A stretch of 61,514 nucleotides of DNA, the filler included, from Hausera hauseri (Eukaryota), in NCBI GenBank assembly GCA_046269625.1. It is 10 parts of 10 records of this genome, joined end to end, with 100 filler letters (N's around TTAATTAATTAA, not from the genome) between each part and the next. Parts side by side here need not be neighbours in the genome. Positions count along the whole stretch, not along the records: positions 38,801 to 43,076 come from JBJURY010662663.1; positions 43,177 to 47,234 come from JBJURY010788645.1; positions 47,335 to 52,567 come from JBJURY010302722.1; positions 52,668 to 57,415 come from JBJURY010451135.1; 6 more parts are not named here. One strand, given 5' to 3'. Made by a program: the position numbers and the translations under genes. Of this stretch, positions 40,050 through 53,945 are shown in pieces; within the stretch, counting starts at the first letter, position 1; each line of letters starts with the position of its first letter. The notes beneath the pieces were generated by a model. It was given only the letters and a program-made list of their open reading frames with translations, ran no database searches and had not been told where the DNA came from.

Positions 40050-43000
40050 GAGTACCGGAAAGCCATTGCGTACTGACGATGAAGTGAGGGATTTAAAGCA
40101 CGGTTCAACAGTTCATGTTATGTTCCAGTTAAAAGGAGGAAGCGAACTGACCGTAGATAAGCTCTAAGAACGTATCGCGGAACGACGAAAGCCCATAAAC
40201 GAGTTAGCCTTGATTAGAAGGAGGCTGATGGACATAAATTTGAGTGAACATGACTACAACGTGTTCTACCAAAGTTATAAAAAGATTTTCTCAAATGTCC
40301 AAGAGGAACTATGTTTATTGACGACCGCAGCTAGAAAATTAAAGAGAACGTAACGCTACTGGAGAAGGAGATGGAGAAGTTGGACATTTCATCGAGGAAA
40401 AGTCACATAGGACCATAGTAGCATTGAAGAATTGGATTGAAATAGAAGCGATGGTCAGGAGGAATGCCATAGAGAGAGTGAGAGGGATAGAAGCGTTCAA
40501 CACAAATCAAGATGGTCGATATTCACCCGTAGAGAATAGGAGGTCGTACTTTACCACGAGATCACGGGCTGTAAATAGAGAGTACGAGAATACGAATTCC
40601 AAAACAAAAGAATGAGAAGTTAAAAAGGGAAGCAATCAAACCACCCCAATATACAGCGAGAAGATCGATCCCAGAGATGCTGGAATTATGATAAGAACGG
40701 TCAATGCAAATTCGGAGAGAATTGTAAATATTTACATCGACCTAGTAAGGACGATCAAAAAAGGATATGTTGGTATTTCGAGAAAAAAGAATGTAGGTAT
40801 GGGAATAATTGTAAATTCCTACATGGAAAAATTGGTAGCAAGGAAAAGGATAAAAACAGCTATGACAAGGAGGATATAAAGCAAAAAACTAAAAATTCTT
40901 GTGAAAACATAATAGGCACGACAACAAAAGAATCCGCACCACGGGCATTAAAGAATGAAGAAGGAAAAGAAGAAAAAAGTAAACAAAAGGATGTTAGAAC
41001 CTACGTTACCCAAGGTTCTGAGGAGACAAGTGAACAGGAAGAAATAGTAGCTCTGAGAACAGTGGAAGTATGGTTAAAGAATGGGAACAGAATGAAAAAA
41101 GCAATAATGTTGTTAGACGACGTTAGCACCGACAGTTTCGTCGATTCAAAAATATGTGAAGAACTAGGTGTCGATAAGAAAACAGAAAGGTTGACGATAA
41201 CAGTCGTCGGAGAGAAACAGACTGAGATGTCTATTGACAGGGTCAATATGATATTGATAAATATGGACCGATCGGTAGAAGTCAAATTTGAGGCGATCGC
41301 TATGAAAAATCCAACTGGAAACATAAGGGCAGTGAATTGGTCCAGAAAAACAAAAATAGCCCCACCTAAAGCACTTAAGGTTTCCCACATTGTCGCACAA
41401 CTTAGAAGTAAATGGTATTGTTGGGGCAAACTTTAGAGTTACACAGGTAAATCAGAAATATATGGCAAAATGGGTGCGCCAGTGGTGCGGTTAACTCCGT
41501 TAGGCTGGACCTGTGCAGGACAAATAAAAAAGGAAGAAAAAACATAAATAATAATTTCATAAGAACATTTTGGACAAGGACAGAGGAAATTCAAAATGAT
41601 CTGAGCTACCTATGGGAGGTCGACTTTAACATGGACGAAAAAGAGTTTGAGAGGAATAAGCAAGACGAAGAGGCAATAAAGCGGATATTAAAAGAAACAA
41701 TTTATCAAGAAAATAGATATTGTGTGCCGTTACCATGGAAAGGGGGATACAACCTGAAGTGGAAAACAATAAATGGATGGCAGAAAAACGATTGAAAACT
41801 CTGAGGAATAAGTTAGATAAAGATGAGGAGGCAAAAGCGGCCTATGAGAAGGTAATAGAAACACATACGAATGAAGGGTATATCCGAGTAGTGGAGGAAC
41901 AAGAGGAACAAGAGACAGCTTGGCTGTTGCCACATTTTCCGGTTATGAAAATCAATAGGGAAACCACGAAATGCTGGATAGTTTTCGATGCTGCTTCGAG
42001 ATATCGGGGAAAGTGCCTGAATGACTTTCTAGATCCTGGCCCGAAATTACAATTAGACATCATAGATATTATATTAAGGATGAGAAAACGACCATGAGTT
42101 GTCATATGTGACATCCAGGAAATGTTCTTACAGATTAAGGTGAAACAATAAGACAAAAAATATTTAAGGTTTCTATGGTATAAGGATGGGAAACTTAAGA
42201 CATACGAGTTCAATCGGTTAGTATTTGGGTTGAACGCCTCTCCATTTCTGGCACAATTGGTATCAAGGCATAACGCTGAAAGGTTCAAAGACAAATTCCC
42301 CAGAGCCGTAGAAACGATGGAATACTCTACGTATATGGATGATTGCATTGACTCTGTCAGCACTGAAAAGGAAGCTGTTTCGTTATACAGCGAGCTAAAT
42401 AAGATTTGGAAAAAGGCTAGGATGGAACCACGCAAATGCGTGTCAAACTCTAATGAATTGATAAAAATAATACCTATCACGAACCGAGACAAAGAATTCA
42501 ACATACTGGAAAAACCGATGTTGTCACCAAGACGTTGGGGATGAAGTGGAATATCGAAGAAGATAGATTCAAGTTTGAAGATCGTCGTAAGCAAGAAATG
42601 GAGATAACAAAAAGAACAATATTAAGCGCATTGGCGAAGATGTTCGACCCGTTAGGTTTCCTCAGTTGTTATACATTATCGGATAAAGTGTTTCTACAGC
42701 AACTGTGGATGACGAAAGTAGATTGGGATGAAAAGATCCCGAAAGAATTGAGTGAGAAAATAAGGATATGGATAAAAGGAATGGAGAACCTAAGTACAAT
42801 GAAGGTAACAAGGTATTTATATTTTAAGGAAGGTAACGACATTGAGATACATATTTTCTGCGACTCTTCAAGGTGGGGGTTTGGGGCGGTTGCTTATTTA
42901 AGATTGATGGTGGAAGGAAAGATTAAAGTAGTAATCATATGCTCGAAAGGTAAGGTGACACCGGTAAAGGCTGTAGCCATACCAAGACTGGAATTGATGG

Positions 43001-43076
43001 CAGCCTGTATAGGAGTCAAGCTAGGGAGAAAAGTGAGAAAAACTCTGTGCAACAAGAAGGAAGATATACAATACTG
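40050..43076 (+). mobile_element. BEL/Pao LTR retrotransposon gag-pol, 5'-truncated and degenerate
   Basis: Protease ALRTV..LLDDVS, LTPLGW, RT LPHFPV..TTK..IVFDA..CLND.L.PGP.LQ and YMDD, and Pao-type RH FDPLG..WD..HIFCDSS..IPRLEL. Confidence 0.93.
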
Positions 43077-43299
43077 NNNNNNNNNNNNNNNNNNNNNNNN
43101 NNNNNNNNNNNNNNNNNNNNTTAATTAATTAANNNNNNNNNNNNNNNNNNNNNNNNNNNNNNNNNNNNNNNNNNNNTATGTATTTAATTTGATAATTTTT
43201 GATAATACGTTTCATTAGGTGCAGCCAGTTCAGTGTATATTATAATCGCTCGTCCAATGACATTAATATAAGATTTCTTTTCCCGAGGAAGCATTCATA

Positions 43300-46200
43300 A
43301 ACACGAGGAATCGACTCGAATATTCTGTATTACTGTTCGGTGATTGCATATTCAGTACTGTACTGACAAGAACAATATCCACAAAGGCATTTTGACTATT
43401 TCGAGGCGGAGCATTGGGAGCCCACCTGTGGGCCCGACACGGCGGCGACGAAAGCCCGGCCGTGCCCAACCACATGGGCCAAAGGGTACCGGCCACAGTG
43501 GGCACCACACTCCCACCAATCGTTTCGGTGGCAGTCGCTGCAACGGTAGAACAATAGCTAAATCAGCTAAGTGCTGAAAATGCAGCACTGTATGCAACAA
43601 TTAACAATATTAATAATAAATTGAATGAACTTTTGCTGTCCCGCCGAAGGGATTTTGTCCCTGATCGCGCCATTTCTTTACATAGAAGCCGGTCACAGTC
43701 GCCTGCGCGGTCATCTATCTACTATTATCATAGCAGATTCAATAAAAGTGCCAAAAATGCTGCCTATGGTGCAGATTTTACAATAAAAGTCTTTCATCGG
43801 ACACCGTTGTTTGCATTTACCACGAAAAGTTTAAACATCAAGCCCATAAATGCATTGCAGGCTGCACTTTCAAAACAGATTCGAACGACGGACGTGCCAC
43901 TTTTCTTCTAATAGTCGTCCTGGTTCACCTTTCCAAAAAAACTAAGCTTGCCGCCAGACGTCACGGCAAACTCTGGCAAAGGCACTGCTTTACCTTCTGA
44001 ATGCCGACACGCCTCTTTTGCTGTCTTTAAAGGCTGCAATCACTGCTCTTACAACGCAATCCATTGATTTTATCATTGACACAGGTGCAGCGATCTCTTT
44101 ATTGCCATAAACTTTTCCTGTCCAAAATTCGCCATTCAAAATCAAGTCTTTATACACCGCTTTGGGTCAACTGCTGTACATTTATGGCATGGCTAAACTA
44201 TCTTTTACCTTACCAAAATTTCCTTCACCTTTCCACTAGACGTTCACAGTTGCTAATGCCCAGATGGAAATTCTATGTTCTAATTTTTTATCCCGTTATA
44301 ATTTATTGGTTGACTGAAGTCAACGATGCCTGAGGAGTGGCACCACTGACAGCGTTAGTAAGCACATAAATAGCATTTCGACTACCACGCAGTCGATCGA
44401 TACGCGGACATCAATTTTAAGGAAATCAAAAACTAATTCGAATTTTCGTAACAATTACATTTTATTTCATAAATTTTTAAATCATAACGTTGATATTCAG
44501 TCGATGTTTGATGTCGATAATTGTGGTACTGTTACTAACGTTAATTCACTCGACAAAATCACTTCATCCAACACCATTTTCAATTCCACCGTTTTTCACC
44601 AAATACCAATTGACTTTACATAAGCAAACAATTCACAAATTGCATCCGCTACTACTCAAGCTGCTTCACCATCATCACTGAATCTCTCACAGTTGCCTGC
44701 AAGTTTGCAGCAATTCGTCAACACACAGTACTTTACATAACATAGTTACACAGCACCAACGACCAATACGTCAAAAGGTACGACCACTATCACCCCGTCG
44801 CAGGCAGGCTGTAGAAACCAAATGTCATGAACTAGAACGCTTCGACATTGTACGCCGTTCTAAATCACCTTGGTCGTCACATTTACATGTCGTACGAAAA
44901 AGAGCGGAACTTTTAGACCATGTGGCGATTATCGACAATTGAACAACTTGACCATTAATAGATGCATACCCCCTGCCACTCATCAAGAATATCTTGCATC
45001 GCCTTAATTCAACCGCAATTCATTCGACCATCGATTTGACCAAAGCATATCACCAAATACCGGTGGCACTGAATGACATAGAAAATACTGCTATCAATAC
45101 TCCTTTTGGTATCCACAAGTATCTGTTTAAGCCATTCGGTTTGCGAAATGCGCACAGATTTTTAGCGACACATTGACTAAATTCTCTCAGATTTCCAATT
45201 TGCGCACCTTTACATCGATAATATTATGATCGTTTCCTCTTAAGCCAAGCAACACGAAGAACACCTCCGTGCAATATTCCAACGCCTTAAGGACTATAAT
45301 TTACAAATCAATTTTGACAAATGCCATATCTTCAAAAAGTGCATCAACTTTTTGGGTCACGTTATTTGACCAGAAGGCCACTCTCTCCAACCAGACCAAG
45401 TTGAAGCCATTAAGAATATACAGTTACCACGTACGACCACTGAAATGCGCAGCTTGCTTAGTACACTACACTTTGCACATAAATATATACCATATTGTTC
45501 TGAACTGACAGAACCATTTGCACACTTAAGCGGCGGCAAAAATATCACAAAATTCAATGGATACCTGAACTGCTTGACAAATTTGATAAGCTATGCAAAC
45601 GAATTAAGACCGTGAACATTCTCGCTTTCTACAAGCCTGACGCGGAACTTATCCATACCACAGACACTTTAATCACTGCGGTAGGTGCTGTGCTTTACCA
45701 AATCCACAAAGGAAAAAACCAACCGCTGGAATTTTTCTCTGGTAAGTTAACACCGCCTGAAACTAGATACTCAACGTTAGATCGAGAATTATCGGCCATC
45801 GTTCTCTCTTTAAAGCATTTTTTCCACCTACTTGTCGCTTGCCATTTTACCATACAGACCGATCACAAGCTCTTAATTAACATAATGGCTATGAAACATC
45901 CTTCCACACGCCAAGAACGACAGATACCATATCTGTCGACATTTAACTTCGACATAAAACATATTAATGGGGTTGCCGATTTTTTATCTAGGTCGGTTAG
46001 TTCGATTAATTTTCACCAATCTTTACTCAAGCACAACTTCAACAGAACCAGCCATTTCAAAACATGCTTAATTCTTTCAAGTCTTGCACAAATATTGACG
46101 GCGTGGCTTTAGACACTTCCAAATCAGGTCAATCCGCAATAATTCTTGCACCATCTTTGCAAAGGCAAACATTTAATAGTGTACATTCGCTACACCATCC

Positions 46201-47130
46201 TGGTGCTAAAGCCACTTTTCGATTACTTCACCGACAAGTAGTTTGGCCGTCAATGCGTTCTGATGCGCAGGCATGGGTTAGGGAGTGTGTGGCTTACCAA
46301 AAATACAAAACAACTAAGCATCTAAAGCCACCACTATTCCACTTTTCCTGCACATTGCGTTTCAAATCCGTGCATATTGACATCGTCGGCCCTCTTCCTC
46401 CAGACAACAGTCAGCAATTCATTCTCATTATGATGGACCATTCCTCGAAATGGCCAGAAGACATCCCTCTGCGGAGCATAAATACCGACACCATAGCTGA
46501 TGTTTGATTGGTATATGGATTAGCAGGTTTGGATTACCTCACTTCATCATCCAGAACCAGGGTCCACAGTTTGAATTTAACCTGTTCAAATCTTTTGTTA
46601 ACCGATTGGGGATCCATCACATACATACTACGCCTTATCATCTCCAATCGAATGACCTTCTAGAACGTTTCCACCGAATATTGAAAACGTCACTAAGAAT
46701 CCTTGCAGAGTCCAACACTAGTTGGACAACCCTTCTTCTGATTGGTTGGCGGAACACTCCGTCTGATTCTACGGGATTCTCACCTATTGAAGCCTTATTC
46801 GGGGTTTCTGTACGATCGTTATTTGAACTAATTGCCCTGGACGACACTCTAACAAATGAAACGATACGGGCAGCGCAAAATCACTTCGTTACGGTCAGCA
46901 GAGATTCATTCTGCAGGTTACTCCACAAAGACAAAACATATTTACCCGAAGATTTGTATTGGGCAAAATTCGTATGGCTAAAAAATCAAACGCCGTGCTG
47001 TTTTCAGCCGGGGTATCTGGTGTCCTATAAACTGGTGCAGCTACATTCGCATAATTTCTAAAGACGGAAAAGCACTTACAGTGCATATCACGAACTTAAA
47101 GCCCGCCTTCTTTATCGACGACACTTAACC
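43300..47130 (+). mobile_element. Ty3/Gypsy (CsRN1/Mag-like) gag-pol, degenerate
   Basis: YYHSRF gag motif, protease IDTGA, RT RPCGDYRQLN / DLTKAYHQIP / PFGLRNA / YIDN, RNase H AVGAVL..YST.DREL..TDHK, integrase HPG..WP.M..HIDIVGPLP..ERFHR.LK. Confidence 0.93.
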
Positions 47131-47949
47131 AATCGACACGTCGACTCCTTTTCGCACTCCTGAACTTCCTGCTGTTCCTAAATCTGCTTCTACACCTGTC
47201 CCACCTCCTCCTTTTGCTTTTACTTCTGCTTCATNNNNNNNNNNNNNNNNNNNNNNNNNNNNNNNNNNNNNNNNNNNNTTAATTAATTAANNNNNNNNNN
47301 NNNNNNNNNNNNNNNNNNNNNNNNNNNNNNNNNNAGTTGAACAATTCAAAAACCATAAATACGTGTATGTTATAATAATAATCATGGACTATAATGGAAA
47401 TTGTACACATTTATTACAATTGACTTCAGTAAAATGGAGGTAATTTGTATCATTGTGTAAATATCTATTGTTTACAATGAAAACAAACCTTTGATGTAAA
47501 TATAGATGCAATTTCATTTCACGTTTTTCTTGTTTAAAAACTGTGTTTGGAAAACAATTCAGCAGGTGACAGTCTCTTAAAAAGTCACGGTACAGCGAAT
47601 ATTCCCTCAGAAATTTATGGTTGTATAATGGATACAACTTGCATTATCTGCGCAACGCTATTCAATTGCCATTGACGCAAACGGTCAAAATCAAACCGGT
47701 GAAATATGGTCCATTGGTGAAAAGGATCACCGACGATGATTTGGATACAATTGAAGACACAATTAGAAAAGTTGACAGTGATTTGGCAATGAGTAACGAT
47801 ATCCGAGATACATCGTCAATTTTTCTCAAATTAAATATGGCGAAAATTATGGGTTCACATGGTGGAGAAACAGCAGCAGCAGCAGCAAAAGCAGTTTTGC
47901 CATGCGTGCATGTTTTATTCCAAACACCAATGTCCGTACGCCCAACTCT

Positions 47950-50900
47950 TATTTCGCCCAACCACTTACGCCTATCATCATCGCATGATAAAGCGACTTT
48001 TGTATTGGTCATCGTATACAGCTGGTGCACAATCGACCGGATGATCGTTTGTGACACAGCAGCCTTTGACTGTCCTTCTTCTTCATAGATACGGTGATAA
48101 TCACCGTGGTTTATTTCCATCTGAGCCAACTGAACTCCTTTGGCGCGCATTTTCGGCCCACCATCAGTTAAAAGGCTAATATTTTGACCATAGAAATATC
48201 CCTTCCCGATAATAAACCCGATATTCACTTTCATCCTTGAAGCAGCCCGTTTTGTTGGTGATCGCGCTGCTGTACAATGGATGATTCGGTGGGTAGTTGG
48301 ACGTGTCCTGTAATCCGTCTGACTGCATTTGCGGCAGTAGCTGTTCGCGATTGACTTTTTTCAGCCGCAGGAAAAAACCGTCTGTGTCACCGGCAATTAT
48401 ACTAATGTCACAGCCGTAAAACATTTGCCGGTAACGTGCCAAGTCGGGATACTGTAACTCATACATCCGCAACTTGCTCAGGTCCAATACCACTTGTCCA
48501 ATGTAACTTGACCGGTTCAGAACGACTTCTTCACTGTTTAACAGCACCGCAACCAATTCATCGGCAATGTGCATTGACTGCCGAAACTGTGCCTTGCAGG
48601 TATACGTAAACAGCCGATTTTCGCTGTTTCATAGGTGTACATCGAGCCGCTTTTTCAGATTCTCCACTGTTTTTCCTCACAGGGAATTGTTTTGCAGCTT
48701 GTAGTAGTCCTTTTCGAACTTTGTGCAATCTGCGGCTCGTTTTTGCAAAATACCATCTATGTACTCCTTGAATATTAAAGCCTGGGCAAATCGGATAGCG
48801 CGATAGAGCTGTGTGATGCGTACACCCAACCGAAAGTAAGACTGCAACAGACGACAATGAACTATGTAATTTTGCTTGGATTCATGCGTCATAAGCAGCT
48901 TCTTCACCTTCGAGCCCGGCGTACATTGGCTAATTGGTGCAACCGGCAGTTCATCCAGAAATTCATCAACTTATCTGTTACCACGAAATTGACCTCCATC
49001 TAGTTGCCGACTGAGCTGTTTTCTGCTGTTGTTGTGTCTGATGTCGACAGCTTTTCCAGTATTGTGTCTAGGTCTTGTTTGTCGACTACCCATTCAAATG
49101 CACCCAACGGCAAGGGTTGTGAAAACGTCCAGCCGTACAGGTTATTAATGTCGATATACAACAGCAATGTGGTATCATCACTGGTTACGTGATGCTTGTT
49201 AACAAATGCCATACTGCGACGAATACCAACGTCAAACATTCGGTACATTTCCGAGTCTTTCAATAGCTCGATATCCCGATCCAGTGACATCATAGCTGAT
49301 GCCCAACTCATTCCGGATATTGAGAAAAAATTGAGTGACTCAAGCATGTCTTCTGCCAAAACTTTCGCTTGAAACGCATGGAATACATCGGTTAATAAGT
49401 ACATATCCAGTTTGAGATACTGGAGCATGTACTCCAGCATGTTTGTACGGCCGAGTTCTGTCCAAGATTCTTGTGCTCTTTAATATTTATCTTCTGTGGT
49501 GCCTGTCCATCGCGGCGGTAATTACTCGGCTGTCCGGAGTCGCTCATATGATGTTGCAAAGTCATATGGAAATATGCCTTTGCTGCTTGCAATATGGAAC
49601 CAATTTATTCGTGCTGACGAGGACAGGTACTTCTTCATTTTTGTTGGGATTGTGGACAGTTCCCAGTGCGGAAATCCGTTGATTGTCCATTTCAGTATAT
49701 GGTGACAATAATAACCTTGCAAATTATGAAAGATCACCGGTAGGAATGGCCACACACGCCTTGCCAAATTGCATGAATTGCATGCTGCTCCTAGGAATCG
49801 ACCGGTAAAATGATCATGATCCGGTACGAGCCGTCCCTGTGCATTAAAAGGCAACATTTTGTGGCAGGGACAACATTCATCAATGACATCGAAAAGCAGC
49901 GGTTCATATTCTCATGTTTGTATCAAGGGCTTAATGCTATTGTTACTGTACCACTGTACGATTTCCGTTTCCACTATCGTTTCCAACTGTTGCAGGAAAT
50001 CGCGTAAATAGTTCCAGCTATGAAAAACGTAATTGAGGCTTTTATTAGAACAACCAACATACCCACGGCGATTGGAATGTGTTTTTGGTTGAATACGTTA
50101 TGCCGTGGTAGGATTGCCTCGATATCGGCCTATACCACATATGCTGGACTCTCTGTTTTCAATCAGTCACTGAATCTCAGCTCTTTTATGTATCTTGTTG
50201 TCCCTGATAAATTTTGTCTGCACAGCACCACATGTTATTCCAATGTCGTTTTTGACCTGAAACCATGGAGATATGTAGGACACCATTTACAATTTATAAG
50301 CTTTTTGATAAATTGGTAGTGATCCATGTTCAGCAATATGTCCAAATTGGTTACTTACACGTAGTGAAATTTACCTTCTTGCTCCAACAGCAACAAATTC
50401 ACCGAGCGTCCATTCAGGTTCCGACTGAGATAAATTATATCCACGTGTGGGTTTTGGTATATATTATCGTCTGCCGGTATTTCTACTATAATGTTGTACC
50501 GGAAAACGTTGATTGCGAGAGTAGGAATACGCCGTTCAAATGTCGGGATGGATTTCTGTTTCATCGGCATCCAGCTTTCATCGAATTCCAATTCGGCAAA
50601 ATACTAGCGATACTGCTTTGGACGATTTGTATGATTTCTAACCACTTCGTCGTATTTGAATATAGCCAGGATACTGTAAATAAAACAGTATTTGTCGTCG
50701 GAATTTGTGCATTCATTACCGCCAAAGACTGCTTTAGAGATGCAGGTGTCGGTATGAATGACCATTCAGACAAATATACCACGTCACTCGACTTTGTTAT
50801 GATAAAGCCGAGAGTGGCAATTCGTATAATTCGCCATTCACTACCCTTTTCTGTATAGTTGGCAATTTTCTCATCCAACTTTTCGCCTACATCGGCAATA

Positions 50901-51100
50901 AAATTTTCAGAATGCGGTACGGCTCGATGTGACAGGTACCATTGTTCCTGTCAACTTCAACGTTTTCAAATTCTGCGAGTGCATAATATTTCAGTTTGCA
51001 GTTTCTGCGTTTGAATTTCGCCACTTCTAATTTCAACCGACTGCGCACACTGGACGGAACATACCTCAGCTGTAATGTTGTTGTCATGTCCACCTACAGT
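47950..51100 (-). mobile_element. polB: Polinton/adintovirus-type protein-primed PolB, near full length and heavily frameshifted
   Basis: GSEWRI, INVF, LLL.E..HY, DHDH.TG.F.GAACNSCN, FHNL.GY, KG.FPY, YLKLD..LL.DVF, YIDINNLYG, YYKL.NNS, IGQVVLDLSK, GDTD, G.FKDE, RAKGV and ALS..DD.R, in order. Confidence 0.92.
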
Positions 51101-51159
51101 TTCTTTAGATCGTACATGACAGTTATGGAAGGTTCCTGTTGTTGCACCTGCTCCTTCTG

Positions 51160-51621
51160 CTACTGTTCGGTACTGTTTTGGATGTATTCATCAAGACTTC
51201 TTGAGACCTGACGTTTCCTGATTCTTGAGGGGATACTGAGTTTTTTTGTCGCCATCGGTATTTCCTTTTTGTAGCACTGAAACTGGTTAAAGTGGTCCTT
51301 GTGCTGGTTATAAAATTGTTCACAGTTGATGTCATCAACTATCGAACAAATGGGACAGACGTAGGCCACTTTACCATGCAGTGTTGTGGCGCCATAGTGC
51401 TGCTGCAGTACGTTATGGCAACCATTAACGTCATGCACTCTACTATTACAGTACCGCGGGTATGTGGGGCATTGCACAATCATCATCTTCTTCGACCGCG
51501 TAAATGGCCCAAGATAAGGCTTGTAAATCGCATAAAAGTCCGCGTATGAACAAGAGACCGAAATGCTACCGCACGTTGGGCACAAATATGAGTCCGTACC
51601 AACGGTGTAATATTTAGCCAT
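51160..51621 (-). CDS. Cys/His-rich ORF upstream of PolB; may be the frameshifted N-terminus or an accessory gene of the Polinton-like element
   Basis: CPTC and CPIC..H..H motifs, same strand and immediately 5' of PolB. Confidence 0.4.
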   Translation of the reverse strand: MAKYYTVGTDSYLCPTCGSISVSCSYADFYAIYKPYLGPFTRSKKMMIVQCPTYPRYCNSRVHDVNGCHNVLQQHYGATTLHGKVAYVCPICSIVDDINCEQFYNQHKDHFNQFQCYKKEIPMATKKLSIPSRIRKRQVSRSLDEYIQNSTEQ

Positions 51622-52223
51622 CTGCTGATTGCACTTCTCCTGCTCAACGTGTATGCGCGAACCCAGTACATGGGATAATTAGTACACCTCTGAATGGAAA
51701 ATAAAATAAAATAAATGTTTTATATTAAGTTATAAATACTATAAATTGGAATATGACAATTTATTTGTCGGTCCTTTATAACCAATTATTCTAAACGCTA
51801 CAACAACAACAACTAAAAATCACATGGAACAGTATATTGAAAACGAGATTAAGAAATTGACCAATGACATTTTGAATGGACATGTGTTTGATATTCAGTT
51901 TTTGTGTGAGCTCGCAGAAACCAGAATAATTAGTCCACGGAATATATTGAATTAATTGTCAGATCTCTATTTATACAACGTATCAAAGATGAAATGAGAC
52001 GAAAACGGCAACAACAACGACGGATTAATTTCCTCATTGGACTTGGTTTTTCTGCTTCGCTTTGTATTGTAGTGAAAAAGTTGATTGACAGTATTTAATC
52101 ATACATTTGTACATATTTTGTTGTGTTTGTTTTCGTAAATTAATATAATTTATTTCTTGTGCCTTTGTTGTTGTTACATTTTAGTATAAATACTTGTGCT
52201 TCGTTATGGCATGACATTACGAC

Positions 52224-52567
52224 ATGTCCCATTTATCAGAACTCATTCGTTTGTATCATTCCTTCGACGGTCTCCGGAGTTACCTTTACAATCTTGATCG
52301 ACCTTTACATGATGCACTATTATGTTCTCCCGAAGAGATATTCCGGCGTGCTGGAAAGAATTGGAGGGTACGGGAACCTTATCTACGACATATGAAGCAG
52401 GTTGTTGGTGACATTGACATGATATTCGGTCAGATTTTTCGCACATGGCAGAAATTGGCGGATACCTATGCACTGTGTGCCAGCAGTCAACGTCAAATGC
52501 AGTATGTGGATGATTTTGTCCAAAGCGACCAGACGATGTGGTTACGTTCTCATGTGGCAATCGGCGG
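52224..52567 (+). CDS. Hypothetical ORF divergent from PolB, truncated by spacer; possible Polinton accessory gene
   Basis: Open ATG-initiated frame with base composition like the PolB region; family not recognised. Confidence 0.3.
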
Positions 52568-53699
52568 NNNNNNNNNNNNNNNNNNNNNNNNNNNNNNNNN
52601 NNNNNNNNNNNTTAATTAATTAANNNNNNNNNNNNNNNNNNNNNNNNNNNNNNNNNNNNNNNNNNNNAAAGTTTATTTTACGCAATATCATTTCACAAAA
52701 ATTTAGAAATTTGATATATATTTATTTTTTGTAATCTACAATTGTATCATCTGCTTATCATAGAAGAATTGCCTATAAAAAGTGATGAATGTTAAATATT
52801 AAATCATTTATTTCGAGATTAAGATTTCATTTATGAATTTCTGTTTTATCGTATGATTATAAAGAAGACACTAAATGTATTTCAGCTACTCAACGAAGAC
52901 ACCATTATTATTTGTGTAGTCATTCTCCCTTTTTATACCATAATAGACGTTTTCAATTAAACCTCACGGTATTGTTGTAATTCGATTTTTCAGGTTTCTT
53001 GATTTGAAAGAGACGTAATACAGTGTAATATAGCATAAATGTACTATTAATATAATTGCGGATTACGTATAACCGTTTTTCTGATTCATCTTTTTCGACA
53101 CCGATTTGACTTTTTTGTTTGCTCGTATTCGAAAACGATATTTTGGTAACAGCTGCACGCCCCCTTGCAATAGTCTCGCGCTCCACAGGTTGGAAACCAC
53201 TGGGTTAATGTGTCTGTGTATTTGTGATTTAATGATTAATCATTCAGGTGCAATTTTTGGAAGAGGAAAAATGTGCAATGCGTTCTTTGATACAGGATTC
53301 GGTGAGTTTGCGTTTGTTGAAATAGTTTTGATTTTTTAGAGGGTTCAGAATCCATCAGTTCCTGAGGTTTGTTATCTAATGACTATTGTGTGATTATAAT
53401 AATCCCCTTGATACGTTATTTATTTGACTGTATTTTTTATGTTTTTGTTAAATGCGATTATTATCGTTTTCTGGAGAGATAATGGCCGGAAAGGTTTAGT
53501 TGTTTGCGATTGAATTACACATAAATACATACTCCCTCATATTGGGTATCGATGCTGCCTTATCTGAATCTCGAAGAATCCAGAATGAGGTTTCGTCATT
53601 TATGAACAAGAGGAATTGTTTTTCCATAGAATCTATGGCATAATCACTGGAAGAATAACGCACTAGGCAACTGAAATACGAATTAGAATGCAATTTTCA

Positions 53700-53945
53700 A
53701 AAATTGACAAACTACCAACTGAAAATGTTGTTTTTAATTTGGATTCCTCATCCAACGAAACCTAGTAATATTCCTTACCCAAGTCTATTGTTGAAAATAA
53801 TGTTGTTCCCCATGTGACATCTAACATATCTTCAATATTTGGGAAAGGAAACAATGGCCTTTCTGTAATGGAGTGTAAGACTATAAAATCTAAGCATAAA
53901 CGTATGCTTGCTTTATCTTTCTTAAGTACACGTACTCTGATTAGA
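53700..53945 (-). mobile_element. Ty3/Gypsy reverse transcriptase fragment
   Basis: KKD..IRLCLDF..L...FPFPNIEDMLD....LFSTIDL...YY*V.LDEES..KT.F. Confidence 0.8.

Noticed and set aside
39560-40108. Poly-(Thr-Val) ORFs on both strands, resembling antifreeze or beta-solenoid proteins
   Set aside because: Automatic result of translating a hexamer repeat; no gene context.
41842-42594. Long antisense ORF in the BEL element, and similar ones at 50265-50858 and 1454-1801
   Set aside because: Shadow frames of recognisable coding sequence on the opposite strand.
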